From Verrucomicrobiia bacterium (lineage in GTDB: Bacteria; Zixibacteria; MSB-5A5; DSPP01): a stretch of DNA of 64,000 bases. Under the pieces are notes generated by a model. The model was not told where the DNA came from and did no database searches. It worked only from the letters and a program-made list of their open reading frames with translations. Shown piece by piece: positions 29,127 to 37,257 of the stretch (the stretch's first letter is position 1; each line of letters starts with the position of its first letter). The stretch spans positions 6,516 to 70,515 of the forward strand of contig DATLYY010000064.1 of the NCBI GenBank assembly GCA_035574275.1, in the 5' to 3' direction. The translations under genes were made by a program, and so were the position numbers.

Positions 29127-30167
29127 TTGCGGGATGATTTTTCCTTTGACGGGGCCACCTACCGGGTGGAGACCGCCTATGACGAGTTGGAGGGGGCCTG
29201 GGTGGTCAACTTTTTCCGCAACAACCGGCTGGTGTCGGCCCGGTTGTACCGTTCCGAGGGAGCCGAGAATGAGCGACTGGAGGCAGGCCGGGCCCACAGT
29301 TCGGAGGTCTCGGTACTGCTCTTGGCCCTGCAGCTGCGCACCAAGCTTTCCGGGGCCAAGGATCCCCAGGCGCGGATGAAGCTGGGATATTTTTTCTTCG
29401 TCTATCAGTTCTATACCGAGGCGGAACTGGAGCTCAAGGCGGCGTTGGCCGCCTTTCCCGACTTTGCCGAGGCGCTTTTTTACCTGGGAAGCGTTTGCCA
29501 TCGGCAGGGGAAGTTCAACCAGGCGGCGGCCTGCTTCGAGAAGGCGGCCGCCCTCGACTCCCGCTACGCCGATTACTCCAACGCGCTGGGGCAGGTGTAC
29601 CTCGAAGAGGGACGGATCGAAGAGGCGGAAAAAGCGCTTTTGGCGGCCCTTGAAACCAATCCCAAATATCTGGATGCCCGCCTGAACTTGGCTCAATTGT
29701 ACTTGGACCGGGCCGGGCGGCAGGGGGAAAGTTATCTGGGACGGGCCGAAGAGCTTTTGAAAGAGGCGTTTACCCTCCTGGACCCGAAGTCCCCTTTTCC
29801 CCCCATCAATCCGACCATTCATTACGATTCCCTCTGCCGCATTTTTTTGGACTTGAAGGCGAAGTGCGGCTCGCAGGTGGACAAGTCCAACCTCAAGGCC
29901 TGGTGTTACCTCTACAATCTGGCCTTCCGCAGCGGGCCGGAGTTGCTTTCCCGCATCCAACTGGAGCGCTACATCGAGCGGCTATATCTGGAAAACCGGT
30001 TCGGTTTCTCGGATTTGTCCAATTTTTTGGGAATCGCCTACCTGTTTTACGCCCGGTTTTTCCTGGCCGCCGCGGAGGAGGACTGCGGGGAGGAGAAGGA
30101 AAGCCTGCAACTGGTGAAAAAAATATCCGGCAAGCAAACTGTACTTTTGGGGGGGCTGGAGTTTTGA
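29127..30167 (+). CDS. TPR-repeat protein with a ~90-aa non-TPR N-terminal module
   Basis: TPR units include AELELKAALAAFPDFAEALFYLGSV, AAACFEKAAALDSRYADYSNALGQVY and AEKALLAALETNPKYLDA. The start (TTG 29127) is uncertain. Confidence 0.6.
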   Translation: MRDDFSFDGATYRVETAYDELEGAWVVNFFRNNRLVSARLYRSEGAENERLEAGRAHSSEVSVLLLALQLRTKLSGAKDPQARMKLGYFFFVYQFYTEAELELKAALAAFPDFAEALFYLGSVCHRQGKFNQAAACFEKAAALDSRYADYSNALGQVYLEEGRIEEAEKALLAALETNPKYLDARLNLAQLYLDRAGRQGESYLGRAEELLKEAFTLLDPKSPFPPINPTIHYDSLCRIFLDLKAKCGSQVDKSNLKAWCYLYNLAFRSGPELLSRIQLERYIERLYLENRFGFSDLSNFLGIAYLFYARFFLAAAEEDCGEEKESLQLVKKISGKQTVLLGGLEF

Positions 30168-31024
30168 CGGACGGCAGGGAGTTTGTAGTCGAAAAAATCA
30201 ACCGCTCGGAGGCGGCCGAAAAGCCCGAGGTGGCCGCGCTTCTGGGGCTTTGGAATTTCTGGAGAAAGCGGTATCCGGCGGCCTTTTTTAATTTCTCCAT
30301 AGCCGTCCCAATCGATTACCGGTTCGGTTTTCTGGCCGTGGCCGCATGGCGGGCCGAATGGGGGGCCAAGCCGCTGCCGGATGACTTTGAAGCAAAGGCC
30401 CCTCTGGCTTCCAGCTGTTTTTGGGCTTGGGCCGGCAAAGGGGAGGAGGGGCTGGCAGCCTTGAAAAAAACGGGGGCGGCCGCCAGCCGCGAACAGTCGT
30501 TTTTGGAGGTTTATTTAAAACTCCTGACACTCCCCCCCGGGCCGTCCAACCGACCGGCCGAATTCCGGGTGCGGCTCGAAGAGGCGGTGCGGGCCGAGTA
30601 CGGGGTCAGTTCCGACATGACCCGTCATCTTCTGGCGCTCTACGACTCCGGAGATCTGGCCGGCACGGCGACGGGGCTTCGGCCCGTTTTGGAGCAATTT
30701 TTAAACGTCCCCCCTTTCAGTTCCGTGGATTTTCTCTGGCTTTTGTTTTTGTCCGGCGTGGGGAACCTGGATTTCGGCTCCCTCTCCACCGCCCTTGCGG
30801 AAATAGAAGGGTATCCTTCCGGCGTCCCTTCCCATTGGAAGGAGCGGAAGCGGGCGGCTGGCCAACTTTTGCTTTATTTCTTTCTTGTGCGGGCCGGGCT
30901 GGAAAGTTTTGAAAAATCGTTGAGGATCAACCCCAACTTTGCCAAAGCGGCCAAAAACGCCCAGCTGGTGAAAAGGGAAAAACCGGAACTGGTGGAGCTG
31001 ATCAAGCAGTTCCCCTTTTTTTAG
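30164..31024 (+). CDS. Hypothetical helical protein
   Basis: The frame stays open downstream of the TPR gene. The TTG 30164 start overlapping the upstream stop is a guess, and no motif was recognised. Confidence 0.4.
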   Translation: MTDGREFVVEKINRSEAAEKPEVAALLGLWNFWRKRYPAAFFNFSIAVPIDYRFGFLAVAAWRAEWGAKPLPDDFEAKAPLASSCFWAWAGKGEEGLAALKKTGAAASREQSFLEVYLKLLTLPPGPSNRPAEFRVRLEEAVRAEYGVSSDMTRHLLALYDSGDLAGTATGLRPVLEQFLNVPPFSSVDFLWLLFLSGVGNLDFGSLSTALAEIEGYPSGVPSHWKERKRAAGQLLLYFFLVRAGLESFEKSLRINPNFAKAAKNAQLVKREKPELVELIKQFPFF

Positions 31025-31165
31025 ATTAAAGTCCCCATTACCCAGCAGGTTCCGTTATAATGGTTTTAAAACCACCCGCCCCGTCCCCTGCATAACCGGC
31101 CGGTTTTGCCGAAATAAGATAAAGGGGGACCGGCGCCCGAGGGGTGCTGGGTTTCCTGAAAAACC

Positions 31166-31765
31166 ATGTACACGCCGACCGGCAAGCTGGGAAAAGTGGT
31201 CTGGGAGGATAAGGAATTCCAGATTCAAACCGAATTTCTGCACACCCCCCGGCCGCACATCGTCACCACCGTTTTTATGGGGGGAGAGGTGGTCCACAAA
31301 GCGGACCAACCTTGGATTGGGGGGGTGGAAACCGACGAGGACAAGCGAGCCTTGGACCGGCAGCTCGTCCTCCAGCATCGGGAGACCACGGAATATCTCG
31401 AAGCCAAAATCCGCCGGAAGGCGGAGACCAAGAAAATTTTTGAACTTGAAGATTTGCAGAGGCTGGCCGCCCATCCCGCCGCGGTCGGTTACATCACGGC
31501 CAACCCGGAGGGGGTTTTGCAAATGGAGGCCGAGCTTTCCGAGGAGTTGAAGGAAAGCGCCTTCCTTTTTTCCGAACTGGTGGTTTTGCTCGCCTTTCTG
31601 GAAAAAAACACCAAGCTGGGGCGCTTTCGCAAAGGGGAGGGGATTTTGGGAGCGGGGGAACTTTTTCTGGGGCAGGTGCCGGAGCTTTTTGTCGGCCTGG
31701 CTGTGAAGGGGGAGGCGGCTTCCTTAAAAGATGAGTTTGAAAAACTTCTGCCGCTCGGAATGTAG
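31166..31765 (+). CDS. Hypothetical protein with a C-terminal Roadblock/LC7-like region
   Basis: The C-terminal half (LQRLAAHPAAVGYITANPEGVLQME...LFLGQVPELFVGLAV) fits the Roadblock pattern. The N-terminal part of about 90 aa is unassigned. Confidence 0.5.
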   Translation: MYTPTGKLGKVVWEDKEFQIQTEFLHTPRPHIVTTVFMGGEVVHKADQPWIGGVETDEDKRALDRQLVLQHRETTEYLEAKIRRKAETKKIFELEDLQRLAAHPAAVGYITANPEGVLQMEAELSEELKESAFLFSELVVLLAFLEKNTKLGRFRKGEGILGAGELFLGQVPELFVGLAVKGEAASLKDEFEKLLPLGM

Positions 31766-31767
31766 GG

Positions 31768-32508
31768 ATGAACAAGGTTCTGGAGGATTTGAAGGCGGTG
31801 CCGGGGGTTTCCGGCGTTTTGCTTTTGAACAAAACGGAGGAGACCACCTACCAGCTTCTGCCCGCCAGTTTTTCCATCGAGACCATCAAATCGATTGCCA
31901 TCCGGCTTTTGCAGGTCAGCTACTACTTGAAGCCGGAGGCCCGCTTTAATTTTTCGTTTTCTTCCGGCACGGCTATTTTGCAGAATCTGGAAAAGGCGGC
32001 CCTTTTGGTTTTCACCAAGGGGCCCATCGACGAGGCGATTTTTGATTTGGTGATGAAGAACTCCATCCGTGCCCTGGAGCGCTGGATGGAACGGTACGAG
32101 ACCGTGCGGGAAAAGCTCTCCGGGGAGGCCCTGCTTTCCGAGGAGGAGGCATTGAATCTGTTCTTGCACACGGCCAATTTGATTTCCGGCCACTTCAAGC
32201 AATCCCTGGGGGCCTACCAAGTGACCCAGAACTGGCGCAAATCCCGCGAGGAGCTGGCGGGGGATTTTCCGTTTCATCACCGTCTTTTTGTGGAGACGGG
32301 GGGGAATCTTTCCTTCAAGCCGGCGGAGGAAAAGATTTCCGTGCCGAGTTTGACCGAGTTTTTCGCACGGCTTGTCCACCAATTCATCAAGGGGGCGGTG
32401 GTGGACGGAAGCCGGGAGACGTCGGTTGAAAACCTGACGGCCGAGTTGCGACCCTCGCTGGAAAAAACCAGCTTTTATCGATCGCTGGCGCTTTTGGAAA
32501 GGCGTTAA
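31768..32508 (+). CDS. Roadblock/LC7 (MglB-like) domain protein with an extra C-terminal domain
   Basis: VLEDLKAVPGVSGVLLLNKTEETTYQLLPASFSIETIKSIAIRLLQV...ALLVFTKGPID matches the Robl_LC7 pattern. Confidence 0.55.
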   Translation: MNKVLEDLKAVPGVSGVLLLNKTEETTYQLLPASFSIETIKSIAIRLLQVSYYLKPEARFNFSFSSGTAILQNLEKAALLVFTKGPIDEAIFDLVMKNSIRALERWMERYETVREKLSGEALLSEEEALNLFLHTANLISGHFKQSLGAYQVTQNWRKSREELAGDFPFHHRLFVETGGNLSFKPAEEKISVPSLTEFFARLVHQFIKGAVVDGSRETSVENLTAELRPSLEKTSFYRSLALLERR

Positions 32509-32536
32509 ACGCTCCGAAATCCATTAAAGCCGAGTT

Positions 32537-32563
32537 GCCCGGAGCGGGGGCTCCGGGCCACCC
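32537..32563 (+). repeat. GC-rich hairpin motif, copy 1 (GCCCGGAGC-GGGG-GCTCCGGGC, then CACCC)
   Basis: A 9-bp stem lies 29 nt after the stop at 32508, with no U-tract. 21 of 23 nt are identical to 62199-62221. Confidence 0.5.
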
Positions 32564-32640
32564 CCTGTAAGAAGCTTTCCTCTCTTGGAGGGAGGATTAA
32601 GGCGGGGTTGTTCCGATTTAAAGATCAAGGGTTAGCACCA

Positions 32641-32673
32641 AATAAAAACCCCGCCGTCTTTTGGACAGCGGGG
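32641..32673 (-). terminator. Rho-independent terminator (CCCCGCUGUC-caaaa-GACGGCGGGG-UUUUUAUUU on the minus strand)
   Basis: A 10-bp stem with one G.U pair, followed by a U-tract. It is directional: the plus-strand reading lacks a U-tract. Confidence 0.6.
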
Positions 32674-32879
32674 TGAAAAGAGGAAAGATTCTATTGGAAA
32701 AAAACCTCTCCAAATAGAACGTTAAAGGCGTTTTAAAGCCGCCGTTGGTATTTTGCTGTCGCTACCCAATATCTTCTTGTAGAACAAGAACTTACTGGGG
32801 TCTCGGCGTACGCTCAACCGTCGGGAGCAGCCTTCATCAGTGAATTGTAAGAGGTTTTTCACTATTCTCTCCTCTCGCC
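32641..32879 (-). ncRNA. Candidate structured sRNA of about 240 nt (rod-like, possibly 6S-like) with its own promoter and intrinsic terminator
   Basis: The 600-nt gap has no credible ORF. On the minus strand a promoter (TTGCTT-17-TATACT) ends 5-7 nt before a 5' strand GAGAGGAGAGA (32876-32866). That strand pairs with UCUUUCCUCUU (32688-32678). A second 10-bp helix is AAAAACCUCU (32859-32850) with AGAGGUUUUU (32709-32700). The apical hairpin is at 32799-32765, followed by a 10-bp terminator stem plus UUUUUAUUU. Confidence 0.4.
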
Positions 32880-32883
32880 ATTA

Positions 32884-32912
32884 AGTATAGGGGGGTGGGG
32901 GAGCCAAAGCAA
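32884..32912 (-). promoter_or_regulatory. Sigma70-like promoter: -35 TTGCTT (32912-32907), 17-nt spacer, -10 TATACT (32889-32884)
   Basis: Read from the minus strand. There is no protein gene downstream on this strand. Confidence 0.4.
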
Positions 32913-33120
32913 GGGAAATTATTGGCAAGTTTTTCGCCCGGGGCGGCTTTGACAGCACCACAGGCCGCCTCTATATTCGCCTGCGCCATGATTCAAAATT
33001 CCACCCCGAAAAAAATCATCCCCGCACCGTGCAAAAAATTGAGATTCATGCGACAGGGGACCCCGGAATCATCCAGGAGGACAAACCGATCTTTTACAAA
33101 TCTCTCGAAAAGGAAGCCAG

Positions 33121-34563
33121 ATGCCTGAATACCGAATAGAAAAGGATTCACTCGGAGAATTGAAAGTTCCCGCCAACGCCTACTACGGCATTTTTACCGA
33201 GCGGGCGCGAAAGAACTTCAAACTGACCGGAGAAACGACCCATCCGGTCCTTATCAAATCCTACGCCATCATCAAACAGGCGGCGGCGGAGGCGAATCTC
33301 AAATTAGGACTTCTCCAACCGAAGATAGCCAAGGCCATCATTCAAGCCGCCAAGGAAGTACAGAACGGAAAGTTCAACAACCAGTTTTTAATCGATATGA
33401 TTCAAGCGGGGGCGGGCACCCCGCACCATATGAACACGAACGAGGTCATCGCCAACCGGGCTATCGAGATTTTGGGCGGAAAAAAGGGAGACTATTCGCT
33501 GGTCAATCCCAACGACCATGTCAATTTGGGGCAATCCTCCAACGACGTGACGCCGACCGCCGTGCGCATTGCCTGCCGGATTATGCTGGCCGATTTCATC
33601 AAGGAATTGAAACTGCTGGAAGATGCTTTTGACCTCAAGGCCAAACAGTTTGCCAACATCGTCAAGGTGGGACGCACCCACCTGCAGGATGCCGTTCCCA
33701 TCCGGCTGGGACAGGAGTTCGGCGCGTTTGCCGAAACGGTGCACCGCGGGCGGATGCTCATCGAACTGGCGGCCGACGGGCTTTTGGAACTGGGGTTGGG
33801 GGGCACGGCCATCGGCACGGGCATCAACTCGGACAAACGCTATCCCGACTTGGCGGCGAAAAACATCGCCCGCATCACCGGTTTTAATTTTTACGCCTCG
33901 AAAAATCTGGTTTACATGTGCCAATCGGTGTCCGCCTTCGGAATTCTGGCGGCACGGATGAAGCTGCATGCTTTGGAGATGATAAAGGTTGCCAACGATT
34001 TGATGTACATGTCCGGCGGGCCAAAGGCGGGGCTGAAGGAAATCGACTTAATCGACGTGGAACCGGGGAGCTCCATTATGCCGGGGAAAATCAACCCTTC
34101 CATCGTAGAGCCGTACAAAATGGTCTGTTTGCAGCTTTCCGGCCTTTCGGACGTGGTTTTGTCCACCGTCTCGGAGGGAAATTTTCAACTCAACGTCTGG
34201 ACCCCTTTGATTGCCTACGATTTCATCAAAGGGATCCCGCTTTTGACTAATGGCACCAAAATGTTCCGCACCTTATGCGTATCCGGCATCAAGGCGAACA
34301 AAAAGCGGATTGCCGAACTTTTGGATAACTCGCTGGTCACCGCCACGGCTCTGACCCCCTACATCGGCTACTTGAGCACGGCCCTCTTGGTCAAAGAGTC
34401 CTTGGCCACCGACAAGCCGCTCAAGGTTCTGGCGTTGGAGAAGGGGCTTTTGGAGAAATCGGAATTGGACAAAATCCTTCGCCCCGCCGCACTGACCGAG
34501 CCGGTGCCGGCTGACAAACAACTGCAGAAAAAAATTCAGGAGCGGCTGAAGAGGAAGAAGTAA
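33121..34563 (+). CDS. aspA: Aspartate ammonia-lyase (class II fumarase/aspartase family)
   Basis: The N-terminus is YRIEKDSLGELKVPANAYYGIFTERA. QAGAGTPHHMNTNEV is aspartase-like rather than the FumC QTGSGTQ. The signature GSSIMPGKINP is present. Confidence 0.8.
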   Translation: MPEYRIEKDSLGELKVPANAYYGIFTERARKNFKLTGETTHPVLIKSYAIIKQAAAEANLKLGLLQPKIAKAIIQAAKEVQNGKFNNQFLIDMIQAGAGTPHHMNTNEVIANRAIEILGGKKGDYSLVNPNDHVNLGQSSNDVTPTAVRIACRIMLADFIKELKLLEDAFDLKAKQFANIVKVGRTHLQDAVPIRLGQEFGAFAETVHRGRMLIELAADGLLELGLGGTAIGTGINSDKRYPDLAAKNIARITGFNFYASKNLVYMCQSVSAFGILAARMKLHALEMIKVANDLMYMSGGPKAGLKEIDLIDVEPGSSIMPGKINPSIVEPYKMVCLQLSGLSDVVLSTVSEGNFQLNVWTPLIAYDFIKGIPLLTNGTKMFRTLCVSGIKANKKRIAELLDNSLVTATALTPYIGYLSTALLVKESLATDKPLKVLALEKGLLEKSELDKILRPAALTEPVPADKQLQKKIQERLKRKK

Positions 34564-34575
34564 TATATTGGTTCC

Positions 34576-35637
34576 GTGAAGGTCGCGTATCCAAAAAAAG
34601 TTTCGCTCGTTGCCGGCCCTACGCCGATTGAGCCGTTCAAGCCGCCGCCCGGCTGGCCAGCGGGTTTGAAAATTCTCCTTAAACGGGATGATTTGACTTC
34701 TCTTCTCTTATCCGGCAACAAGGCGCGAAAGCTGGAATTCATCGCCACCGAGGTCATCAAAAAGAAAGCCGATACGCTCATCACCTGCGGCGGCATCCAG
34801 TCCAACCATGCCCGGGCCACGGCCGTTCTGGCCGCGCAGATGGGCCTGAAGTCCCATCTTATTCTGAGAGGGAAACCGGATACGGAGGCGCAGGGGAATC
34901 TTTTTCTGGATAAGTTAGTAGGTGCGGAAATCAAGCACATCACCCCGGCGGAATACGAATACGTGGACCGTTTAATGGAGGAGGAAGCGGAAAAACTTCG
35001 AGAAGCCGGCCGAAATCCGTACATCATTCCCGAAGGGGCTTCCAGCGAGCTGGGGGTTTGGGGTTACATCAAGGCCACCCTCGAAATTCTGTCCCAGTTG
35101 AAAAAATCGAAAATCAAGGTGGACCGGGTGGTTTGCGCCATCGGCTCCGGCGGGACGTACGCCGGGCTTTTTTTGGGCTCCAAGGCGTTCGGTTGGAAGG
35201 TGAAAATCACGGGCCTCAACGTCTGCTACACGGCAGACTATTTCAAAAACCGCATCGGGAACTTGATTTCCGCTTTTTTGCGGAAGTATCGCTGGAAGCT
35301 GAAGGTCAATCTGGACGAGTTGGACATCATCGACGGTTACGTCGGGGACGGCTATGCCCGTTCCCGCCCGGTAGAACGGGAGCTGATTTCCGCCGTGGCC
35401 AAAAGCTCCGGCATCGTTCTGGACCCGGTTTACACCGGCAAGGGAATGCTGGGACTTCTCGAGGAAACGCGGAAGGGGACCTTTGGCCCGAAAGAACGGA
35501 TTTTGTTCCTGCATTCCGGAGGAATCTACGGCCTTTTTCCGATTGCCCATCTTTTTTATCCGCCGGTTGCGGAGAGGAAAACCAAACCGGAAAGGGAAGA
35601 ACTCGAAAAACTGGATTTGTTTTCCGGCAAGCCGTAA
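34576..35637 (+). CDS. PLP-dependent D-cysteine desulfhydrase / ACC deaminase family enzyme
   Basis: Contains LLSGNKARKLEFI (PLP lysine) and CGGIQSNHARATA. The start is a GTG. Confidence 0.75.
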   Translation: MKVAYPKKVSLVAGPTPIEPFKPPPGWPAGLKILLKRDDLTSLLLSGNKARKLEFIATEVIKKKADTLITCGGIQSNHARATAVLAAQMGLKSHLILRGKPDTEAQGNLFLDKLVGAEIKHITPAEYEYVDRLMEEEAEKLREAGRNPYIIPEGASSELGVWGYIKATLEILSQLKKSKIKVDRVVCAIGSGGTYAGLFLGSKAFGWKVKITGLNVCYTADYFKNRIGNLISAFLRKYRWKLKVNLDELDIIDGYVGDGYARSRPVERELISAVAKSSGIVLDPVYTGKGMLGLLEETRKGTFGPKERILFLHSGGIYGLFPIAHLFYPPVAERKTKPEREELEKLDLFSGKP

Positions 35638-35643
35638 GCCCGG

Positions 35644-36387
35644 ATGGAAACACTTGTGAAAACCCTCTCCCCCGAACTGGTTTCACGCTTGAAATCAGCC
35701 AAGCGGGTGGTGGCGCTGACTGGCGCGGGGATTTCCGCCGGGTCCGGTCTGCCGACCTTTCGCGGCGACGGAGGATTGTGGAAAAAATACAAGGCGGAGG
35801 ATTTGGCCTCCATTGACGGTTTTTTGCATCGGCCGCAGGTGGTGTGGGAGTGGTATGAATACCGCCGCTCGATTTACGCCAACGCCCAACCCAATCCCGG
35901 ACACATGGCTTTGGTCGAGCTGGAAAAGTTTTATACAGAGTTTACGCTGATTACCCAGAACACAGATGGGCTACATTTTGCCGCCGGCAGCGAAAATATT
36001 CTTGAACTGCATGGCAACATTCGCCGTAACCGGTGCCATTCCTGCGGCAAGCTTTATCCCGAAAAAGTTGAGTCCAACGGTCAGGTTCCCCCGCGTTGCG
36101 GCTGCGGAGGAATGCTGCGGCCGGACGTGGTCTGGTTCGGCGAGGCGCTTTCATCCTCCGTCTTGGATTCCGCGCTGCAGGCGGCCTGCAAGGCCGAGCT
36201 GTTTTTTTCTATCGGAACGTCCGCCTTGGTCCAGCCGGCCGCCTCGCTCCCCTTGGCCGCCAGGCGAAACGGGGCAATTCTGGTTGAAATCAATCTTGAA
36301 CCGACGCCGCTCACACCGGAGGCGGATTTCTTTCTTTCCGGAAAGGCCTCGGAGTGGCTTGTCATGATAAAGGAGGAATTGCTGTGA
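35644..36387 (+). CDS. cobB: NAD-dependent protein deacylase (sirtuin, CobB family)
   Basis: Contains GAGISAGSGLPTFRG, QNTDGLH, ELHGN and the Zn site CHSCGK...CGCGG. Confidence 0.85.
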   Translation: METLVKTLSPELVSRLKSAKRVVALTGAGISAGSGLPTFRGDGGLWKKYKAEDLASIDGFLHRPQVVWEWYEYRRSIYANAQPNPGHMALVELEKFYTEFTLITQNTDGLHFAAGSENILELHGNIRRNRCHSCGKLYPEKVESNGQVPPRCGCGGMLRPDVVWFGEALSSSVLDSALQAACKAELFFSIGTSALVQPAASLPLAARRNGAILVEINLEPTPLTPEADFFLSGKASEWLVMIKEELL

Positions 36388-37142
36388 ACAAACCGACGGT
36401 TTTGGAAGGGGTGCAGCTTCCCAACGTGGAGGCGGACGTTCCCGAAAAATTGGGGTGCTTCGTTGAAAAAGTGAGAGCCGCCTACGCCGAGCGGCTTCTC
36501 GGAATCATGGTTTACGGTTCGACGGCGCGGGGGGCCTATGTTCCCAAGCGTTCGAACGTAAATTTGCTGGTCGCTCTGGACGGAGTGGGGCCGGAGGAGC
36601 TTGCGGATTACCGTAAAATCCGCTCGGAGGTGGAGAAGCCGCCCTTGGCCACCCCTCTTTTTCTGGACCCGACCTACGTCCGCTTTTCCACCGACACCTT
36701 CCCCTTGGAATTCTTGGACATCCGCTCCTTCCACATCCTTTTGCACGGGCACAACATTCTCGAAGGAACAACCGTCGACCCCAAGCATTTGCGGCTGGAA
36801 CTGGAGCGGGAAATCAAGGGAAAACTGCTTTTGGCCCGGCAGGCCTATCTGGAGTCGGACGGGGACGAGGCGCGGCTTTTGTCCATTCTCTCCCGATCGT
36901 TCAACTCGCTCCGGGTCATCTTTTTCGGTATCGTCTATCTGCGAGAAAAACGGGTCGTGCGGGACGTACGGGAACTGGTGGAACGGGTATGCGAGCATTT
37001 TGGTCTGGACCCCACCGTGCTTCTGGAAATCGGACGGGCGCGGGCCGGGGAAATAAAGGTGTCTAAGACCGACATGGAGAAGCTTTTCTTCGACTATCTG
37101 GAGGAACTGGCGCGAATGGCGGAAAAGGTGGACACGATATAA
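36384..37142 (+). CDS. Nucleotidyltransferase-fold protein (KNTase/MNT-like N-domain plus a helical C-domain)
   Basis: GTG 36384 has AGGAGGA 6 nt upstream and overlaps the cobB stop (GTGA). Contains the motif VYGSTARG...SNVNLLV. Confidence 0.6.
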   Translation: MNKPTVLEGVQLPNVEADVPEKLGCFVEKVRAAYAERLLGIMVYGSTARGAYVPKRSNVNLLVALDGVGPEELADYRKIRSEVEKPPLATPLFLDPTYVRFSTDTFPLEFLDIRSFHILLHGHNILEGTTVDPKHLRLELEREIKGKLLLARQAYLESDGDEARLLSILSRSFNSLRVIFFGIVYLREKRVVRDVRELVERVCEHFGLDPTVLLEIGRARAGEIKVSKTDMEKLFFDYLEELARMAEKVDTI

Positions 37143-37257
37143 AAAGGGGTTGGAAAGCGTCTTTTCGGGTGTATATTACATAGAGACAAAGCCCGGTCGC
37201 GGGCGCATGACAATACTCTGAACGAAAGGAGAAAAACCGGGGAAAATTTGCGAATGA

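Noticed and set aside
29019-29960. 313-aa minus-strand ORF.
   Set aside because: It is antisense to the TPR gene at 29127-30167 and has no motifs.
31489-32382. 297-aa minus-strand ORF.
   Set aside because: It is antisense to the two Roadblock-like genes, and its sequence is Arg/Gly/Pro/Lys-rich.
32834-32840. A CUGAUGA box (hammerhead ribozyme core) inside the candidate sRNA.
   Set aside because: The required GAAA element after stem II is GAGA here, and stems I to III cannot be drawn convincingly.
32895-33128. 77-aa plus-strand ORF upstream of aspA.
   Set aside because: It has no SD, overlaps the aspA start out of frame and lies partly over the sRNA promoter. The sequence has no features.
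36081-36998. 305-aa minus-strand ORF.
   Set aside because: It is antisense to the cobB 3' end and the NTase gene. The plus-strand genes have clear motifs and an SD.
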